A stretch of DNA of 64,000 nt from an uncultured delta proteobacterium (GTDB taxonomy: Bacteria; Desulfobacterota; Desulfobaccia; Desulfobaccales; 0-14-0-80-60-11), in the NCBI GenBank assembly GCA_963812015.1, contig CAWETI010000002.1, positions 960,001-1,024,000 on the forward strand, read 5' to 3'. Both the position numbers and the translations under genes were made by a program. The notes under the pieces were generated by a model that was given only the letters and a program-made list of their open reading frames with translations, was not told the origin of the DNA and searched no databases. Below are positions 59,417 through 64,000 of the stretch, in pieces. Numbering within the stretch: the stretch's first letter is position 1; each line of letters begins with the position of its first letter.

Positions 59417-61197
59417 GGGCTTAACCCTTGCAAGAGGTTTTCCACCTGATTGATTTTCTTTCGCAGTTCCGTGAGATTGGCGTTTTCCAGGACCAGGGCC
59501 CGGCGGTAAATCCGCAAGGCATCCCGGTAGCGCTTCTGCTTGAAATAGGCATCCCCCAAATGTTCGGCCACGGTGCCATCCTGAGGCATGAGGCGATGGG
59601 CCCGCTCCAACTCGACCGCGGCCTTGTCGTATTGGCCTTTTTTATAATAGACCCACCCCAGGCTGTCAATGATGTGGCCGCTGTCAGGTTTAGCCCGGAG
59701 GGCCTCCCGAATCAACTTTTCAGCCTCATCTATGTTTATCCCCCCCTCGGCATAGCTGTACCCGAGGAAATTTTGGGCCTCGGGGTTATTCGGGTCCAGT
59801 TCCAGGACCTTCTTGATCTGCTGGATACTTTCGTCGCGCTGATTCTGTTTTTCATACAGCACCGCCAGGCGGTAGTGGATTTCCGCCGGCCGCTCCACTT
59901 TTCCCAACCCGGCCTGGAGGGCCTGGATAGCCCGGTCCCACTGGTTATCTTCTTCATAAAAGTAGGCGCTGGTGAGATAAACCTCTTCCTGCTTGGGGGC
60001 CAGGGTCAGGAGCTCATTGATGATCTGCCGGGCCTTGGCCTTGTCTCCCAGTTGAAAGGTGAGATAGGCCATCCGCAGGCGAGCCTGGACAAAGTTTTGG
60101 GAATCCCGGCCCACCAGCTGATACTCATGCGCCGCCGCCTGCAGATCGCCTTTTGACTCCAGGGCAATGCCGATGAAGTAGCGGGCCCGTTCCTGGTAAC
60201 GGGGCTGGGCCAAGAGGGGGCGCAACAGACGGATGGCGTCGTCCGGCAGTTTCTGCTCCAGGAAGATCAAGGCGATATTGAAATCCGCAGAGGGGTCGTC
60301 CTTTTCCAGTTCCTTGACCTTGCGGAATACTTTAACGGCATCTCCGTAGCGGTTCATCACCAGATAGAGACGGCCGATACTGGCCCAGACCCTGGAATTC
60401 CGGGGTTGGGAGCGCAGGATGCGGCGATACATGGACAAGGCCTGGTTGTAGTGCCGCTCCCGCTCCAGGGTGGTACCCAGGTCGAACATGGCCGGGATGA
60501 AGTCGGGGTCCATGGTGAGGACCAGTGAAAACTCTTTATTGGCGTCCGCCAGGCGGTCGAGTTCCAGGTAAATGCGGCCCAGATAATAGTGAGCCACCAC
60601 CAGTTGCGGATCCAGCCGCAGGAGTTCCTGCACGGTGCGAATGGCTTTGGGATACTGATGCTGTTGGGCGTAAAGGGTGGCCAGGAAGAGACGGGCTTCT
60701 TTGTTTTCCGGGTCTAACCGCAGGATGCGTTCATATTCCCTGATGGCCTCATCCAGTTGGTTCAGCCCCACGTGGAGGCCGGCCAGGACGAAATACGCCT
60801 CTTGCTGCTTGGGATCTAATTTCAGGGATTTCTCGGCGTGGGCCAGAGCCTGCTTCACATCGCCCTGGCGTTGATAGAGGGAGGCCAGTTCAATCTCCAG
60901 GGACGGGGACTCGGGATCATCTTTCAGAGCCGCTTCATATTCATTGATGGCCCCCACCACGTCATCGGCCACCAGCAGTTGTTGGGCTTTGAGAAAGTGG
61001 AAATATGCCAGACTTTTCTCACTTTCCGACGCCTTGGAGGCCTCGCCGGCGGAGGTGCCCATGCGGCCCAGGGAGGCGCAGCCCATGACCGCCAGGGACA
61101 GCAGGAGCCCCAGGACCCCGAAGAGCAGGAGGCGGCCCCGAAAGGCGCTGATGGAGAAAATGTCGTACCGGTTCGTTAAGATTTTGCCTTTAAGCAA
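59413..61197 (-). CDS. Tetratricopeptide repeat lipoprotein
   Basis: Lipobox-like VMGC, many TPRs, NFLGYSYA, DSLGWVYYK, EHLGD. Confidence 0.9.
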   Translation of the reverse strand: MLKGKILTNRYDIFSISAFRGRLLLFGVLGLLLSLAVMGCASLGRMGTSAGEASKASESEKSLAYFHFLKAQQLLVADDVVGAINEYEAALKDDPESPSLEIELASLYQRQGDVKQALAHAEKSLKLDPKQQEAYFVLAGLHVGLNQLDEAIREYERILRLDPENKEARLFLATLYAQQHQYPKAIRTVQELLRLDPQLVVAHYYLGRIYLELDRLADANKEFSLVLTMDPDFIPAMFDLGTTLERERHYNQALSMYRRILRSQPRNSRVWASIGRLYLVMNRYGDAVKVFRKVKELEKDDPSADFNIALIFLEQKLPDDAIRLLRPLLAQPRYQERARYFIGIALESKGDLQAAAHEYQLVGRDSQNFVQARLRMAYLTFQLGDKAKARQIINELLTLAPKQEEVYLTSAYFYEEDNQWDRAIQALQAGLGKVERPAEIHYRLAVLYEKQNQRDESIQQIKKVLELDPNNPEAQNFLGYSYAEGGINIDEAEKLIREALRAKPDSGHIIDSLGWVYYKKGQYDKAAVELERAHRLMPQDGTVAEHLGDAYFKQKRYRDALRIYRRALVLENANLTELRKKINQVENLLQGLSP

Positions 61198-61228
61198 AGC
61201 TGTTCCTCAAGAGGCGATCCAGGAGAGA

Positions 61229-62209
61229 CTATTCCCCCATGGGGGTCTGGTAATCTTCCCAATCAGCAATTTCATTTTTGAGATATTGACGCAATCGTTT
61301 GATGAGGCGGTCTTCGATCTGCCGCACCCGCTCCCGGGAGATATGGTGGCGGGCCCCGATCTCTTGCAAGGTCATAGGCTTTTCCGCCAACAGGCGCAAG
61401 TCTAAAATATCCAGTTCTTTGTCATTAAGTTCGGTGCGAAACTCCGCCAGTTTGCGGCGGAACATGTTTTTTAATTCCGCATCAGCTAATACTTCTTCCA
61501 CCTGGGGTTCGGTGCTGGGCAAGAAATTCTTATGATTTTCATCGGAGCCGTCCTTCAAGGGGGCGTCCAGGGAAAGCTCCCACCCTCCCAGGCGCTGGTC
61601 CATCTCGATGACTTCCTCCTCCCGCACGTTCAGGACTTCAGCCAGGAGTTTGGGGCCGGGCTCGAACCCCTGGGCCCGGAGTTTCTCCTTTTCCCGCTTC
61701 AAGTTGTAAAAGAGTTTGCGTTGGGACTGGGTGGTGCCGATCTTCACCAGCTTCCAGTTGTCCATGATAAATTTGAGAATGTAAGCCTTGATCCAGAAGG
61801 AGGCGTAGTAGGAGAGCTTGATGCCCCGGTAGGGATCAAATTTCTTGATGGCATGCATGAGACCGATATTGCCTTCCTGGATCAGGTCCAAAAGGTTTTT
61901 CATCCAATATTTCTGGAACTCCAAGGCAATCTTGATCACCAGCCGCAGGTTGCTGGTGATGAGGCGGGAGCCGGTTTCCCGGTCCCCGGTTTCATGGTAA
62001 TGGCTGGTGAGGGATTTTTCTTCCTCTGGGGTGAGCAGGGCAAAACGGTTCGCCTCCCGGATGTAGCGCTGCACCAGGTCGAGATCGCTGGGAACCGGAA
62101 GGGCAACTTCAGGCTCTTCTTTCTCCTCTTCGATCTGCGGCTCCAGAATATCCGGCAACTCTTCCGGATAATCGGCCAACTTCCTGTCCAACTGATCGTT
62201 CACTGGCAT
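61229..62209 (-). CDS. rpoH: RNA polymerase sigma factor RpoH (sigma-32 family)
   Basis: NLRLVIKIA, DLIQEGNIGL, RpoH box QRKLFYNL, SRERVRQIE. Confidence 0.9.
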   Translation of the reverse strand: MPVNDQLDRKLADYPEELPDILEPQIEEEKEEPEVALPVPSDLDLVQRYIREANRFALLTPEEEKSLTSHYHETGDRETGSRLITSNLRLVIKIALEFQKYWMKNLLDLIQEGNIGLMHAIKKFDPYRGIKLSYYASFWIKAYILKFIMDNWKLVKIGTTQSQRKLFYNLKREKEKLRAQGFEPGPKLLAEVLNVREEEVIEMDQRLGGWELSLDAPLKDGSDENHKNFLPSTEPQVEEVLADAELKNMFRRKLAEFRTELNDKELDILDLRLLAEKPMTLQEIGARHHISRERVRQIEDRLIKRLRQYLKNEIADWEDYQTPMGE

Positions 62210-62234
62210 CCTTCTTGGATCGGGCTCTCGGTGT

Positions 62235-63014
62235 TTACCAGACCAGACGAACCGGGATATTATGTTGGGCCAGGTAGTCCTTAATGCCTGCAATGGTATA
62301 GGTGCCGTAATGGACCATGGAAGCAATGAGGGCGGCATCCGCCCGGCCCTGGGTGAGCACCTGCTGGAGGTGCTCCGGGATGCCGGCGCCACCTGAGGCA
62401 ATCACGGGAATGGGCACGGCTTCGGAGATCATCCGGGTCAGGGTCAGTTCATAGCCTGCCTGGGTGCCATCGGCATCTATGGAGTTGAGGCAGATCTCCC
62501 CGGCTCCCAACTGCACCGCCTCCTGGGCCCACCAGAGGGCGTCGATCCCCATGGGGGTCCTGCCCCCGTGAATCACCATCTCGTAACCCGAAGGGATGGC
62601 GGCGGAGGGGGTGACCCTTTTGACGTCCATGCCCAGCACGATGCACTGGCTGCCAAAGGCCTGGGCCCCGGCGGTGATCAGCCCGGGCTCCAGGATGGCG
62701 GCGCTGTTGACGCTCACCTTTTCGGCCCCGGCCAGGAGCACATCCCGCATGTCGTTGAGGTTACGGATGCCGCCGCCCACTGAAAAGGGGATGAGAATCT
62801 CGGCGGCCACCCGGCGGACCACGTCGATCATGATGTTCCGGCGGTCACTGGAAGCGGTGATGTCGTAGAAGACCAGTTCATCGGCCCCGGCTTCATAGTA
62901 GAACCGGGCCATGGCCACCGGATCCCCGATATCTACATTATTTTTAAATTTTATGCCCTTGGTGGTTCGGCCATCCCGGACGTCCAGGCAGGGGATAATC
63001 CGTTTACTCAACAT
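62235..63014 (-). CDS. hisF: Imidazole glycerol phosphate synthase cyclase subunit
   Basis: [36 protein letters not shown]. Confidence 0.96.
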   Translation of the reverse strand: MLSKRIIPCLDVRDGRTTKGIKFKNNVDIGDPVAMARFYYEAGADELVFYDITASSDRRNIMIDVVRRVAAEILIPFSVGGGIRNLNDMRDVLLAGAEKVSVNSAAILEPGLITAGAQAFGSQCIVLGMDVKRVTPSAAIPSGYEMVIHGGRTPMGIDALWWAQEAVQLGAGEICLNSIDADGTQAGYELTLTRMISEAVPIPVIASGGAGIPEHLQQVLTQGRADAALIASMVHYGTYTIAGIKDYLAQHNIPVRLVW

Positions 63015-63624
63015 AGGAGCCGTCCCAGGCCAGGAAATTCTCCAGGATCTGGAGCCCGAAACGGCCGCTTTTTTCCGGGTGGAACTGGGTGGCCACCAAG
63101 TTGCGCCAGCCAATGGCACTGGGGAATTCGAGGCCGTGGTCCGTCACCCCCAGCACCATGGCGGTTTGGGCCGGGGCGGGATAGTAGCTGTGCACAAAAT
63201 AGTATTCGGCGCCCTCCGGCAATCCCTTGAATACCGGATGGTCTTTCAGAAAACGCACCCGGTTCCAGCCCATGTGGGGGATCTTCAGGCCCGCGGCCCG
63301 GGGGAGCGCCCGGGTGCGCCCCGGCAGCAGGCCCAGGCAGGTGGCATCGTTTTCCTCACTGTGCTCCAGGATGATTTGTGCCCCCAGACAGATACCCAGA
63401 ATGGGGATACCGCGGTCGCGACCCTGGCGTAGGGCCTGATCCAGACCTAGGGCCCGGAGTGTGGCCATGGCCTTGCCGGCCGCTCCCACCCCGGGGAAGA
63501 TGACGCGGGTGGCCTGAGCCACCACCGCCGGGTCCTGGGTTATCGTGCCCTCTACCCCTAAAGCCTTGAGGGACCGGACCACGCTGGTGAGGTTGCCGGC
63601 CTGATAATCGATTATGACGATCAC
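63004..63624 (-). CDS. hisH: Imidazole glycerol phosphate synthase glutaminase subunit
   Basis: PGVG, GICLG, PHMGWN, YFVHSY, QFHPEKS. Confidence 0.96.
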   Translation of the reverse strand: MIVIIDYQAGNLTSVVRSLKALGVEGTITQDPAVVAQATRVIFPGVGAAGKAMATLRALGLDQALRQGRDRGIPILGICLGAQIILEHSEENDATCLGLLPGRTRALPRAAGLKIPHMGWNRVRFLKDHPVFKGLPEGAEYYFVHSYYPAPAQTAMVLGVTDHGLEFPSAIGWRNLVATQFHPEKSGRFGLQILENFLAWDGSYVE

Positions 63625-63807
63625 GGATGCCTTGAAATTGACAGGATATTTCTACACTTTAAAATTTATCAATCCGGGGGCTAGGAGTCAACATGATTAT
63701 CCCGGGCCCCGGGATGGTTTTTGCACCACTTAAGGAAAATAAATAAGGAAAATAAGGAAAACTTTCCGGCTTGATTGCCTGCCCCCGCGGCTGGCCCCTG
63801 ATTTCCC

Positions 63808-63837
63808 TTGACATCAAACAATGATAAACTCTAGAAT
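63808..63837 (+). promoter_or_regulatory. Sigma70 promoter
   Basis: TTGACA-N18-TAGAAT upstream of ATG 63872. Confidence 0.6.
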
Positions 63838-63871
63838 AAGCAAATTTTATGATGTCGAGGGGGAGGAGACC

Positions 63872-64000
63872 ATGGCTAAGCGGGGGCGCGGCAAGCGCAA
63901 CAAATGGGGTCTGAGGCTTTGCATCATCCTTTTAACCGTCGGTTTCCTGATCCCGGCGCCGACGCCGGCTTTGGCTGTCTACTGGGACCTGGCCATCGGC
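63872..64000 (+). CDS. Secreted protein, N-terminus only (3' partial)
   Basis: RBS GGAGGAG; MAKRGRGKRNKWGLRLCIILLTVGFLIPAPTPALA signal peptide. Confidence 0.65.
   Translation, partial: MAKRGRGKRNKWGLRLCIILLTVGFLIPAPTPALAVYWDLAIG

Noticed and set aside
1..64000. CRISPR array or rRNA genes
   Set aside because: No regularly spaced identical repeats with unique spacers, no cas-like ORFs and no rRNA-like sequence seen

Overview
GC-rich chromosomal segment of an anaerobic Desulfobacterota-like bacterium (inferred from gene content). The backbone carries housekeeping and metabolic genes: livMGF, prfB, nfi, thiL, glnS, a two-subunit pyruvate carboxylase, an EF-G paralogue, Moco genes, rpoH and hisFH. 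Four genes are broken in the ORF track because they need recoding. prfB uses a +1 frameshift at CTT-TGA. Three genes have an in-frame UGA at a conserved Cys position followed by a SECIS-like hairpin: an ArsM-like methyltransferase, an HdrC/HdrD-like Fe-S oxidoreductase and MvhD. A 44-bp direct repeat of the tRNA-Pro(GGG) 3' end (29500-29543 and 52904-52947) brackets a ~23.4-kb island with no visible integrase. The island carries three modules: (i) a sigma54-type metF'-hdrA(HdrL)-mvhD(Sec)-metV-metF operon, (ii) a signalling block with two paralogous uncharacterised multi-ACT-like proteins among PAS kinases and receivers, and (iii) a tauE-aprA-like-aprB-like-crp module with a well-placed CRP/CooA-type site. 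Outside the island, a co-oriented cluster joins an apparently inactivated primase-polymerase-domain protein, a membrane PilZ-like protein, an FlhG/MinD ATPase, an Flp pilin missed by the ORF track and an MshEN-like AAA ATPase. The strongest candidates for an undescribed system are this cluster and the island's ACT/kinase and AprAB-like modules. All family assignments come from recognising motifs by eye; no database searches were run.
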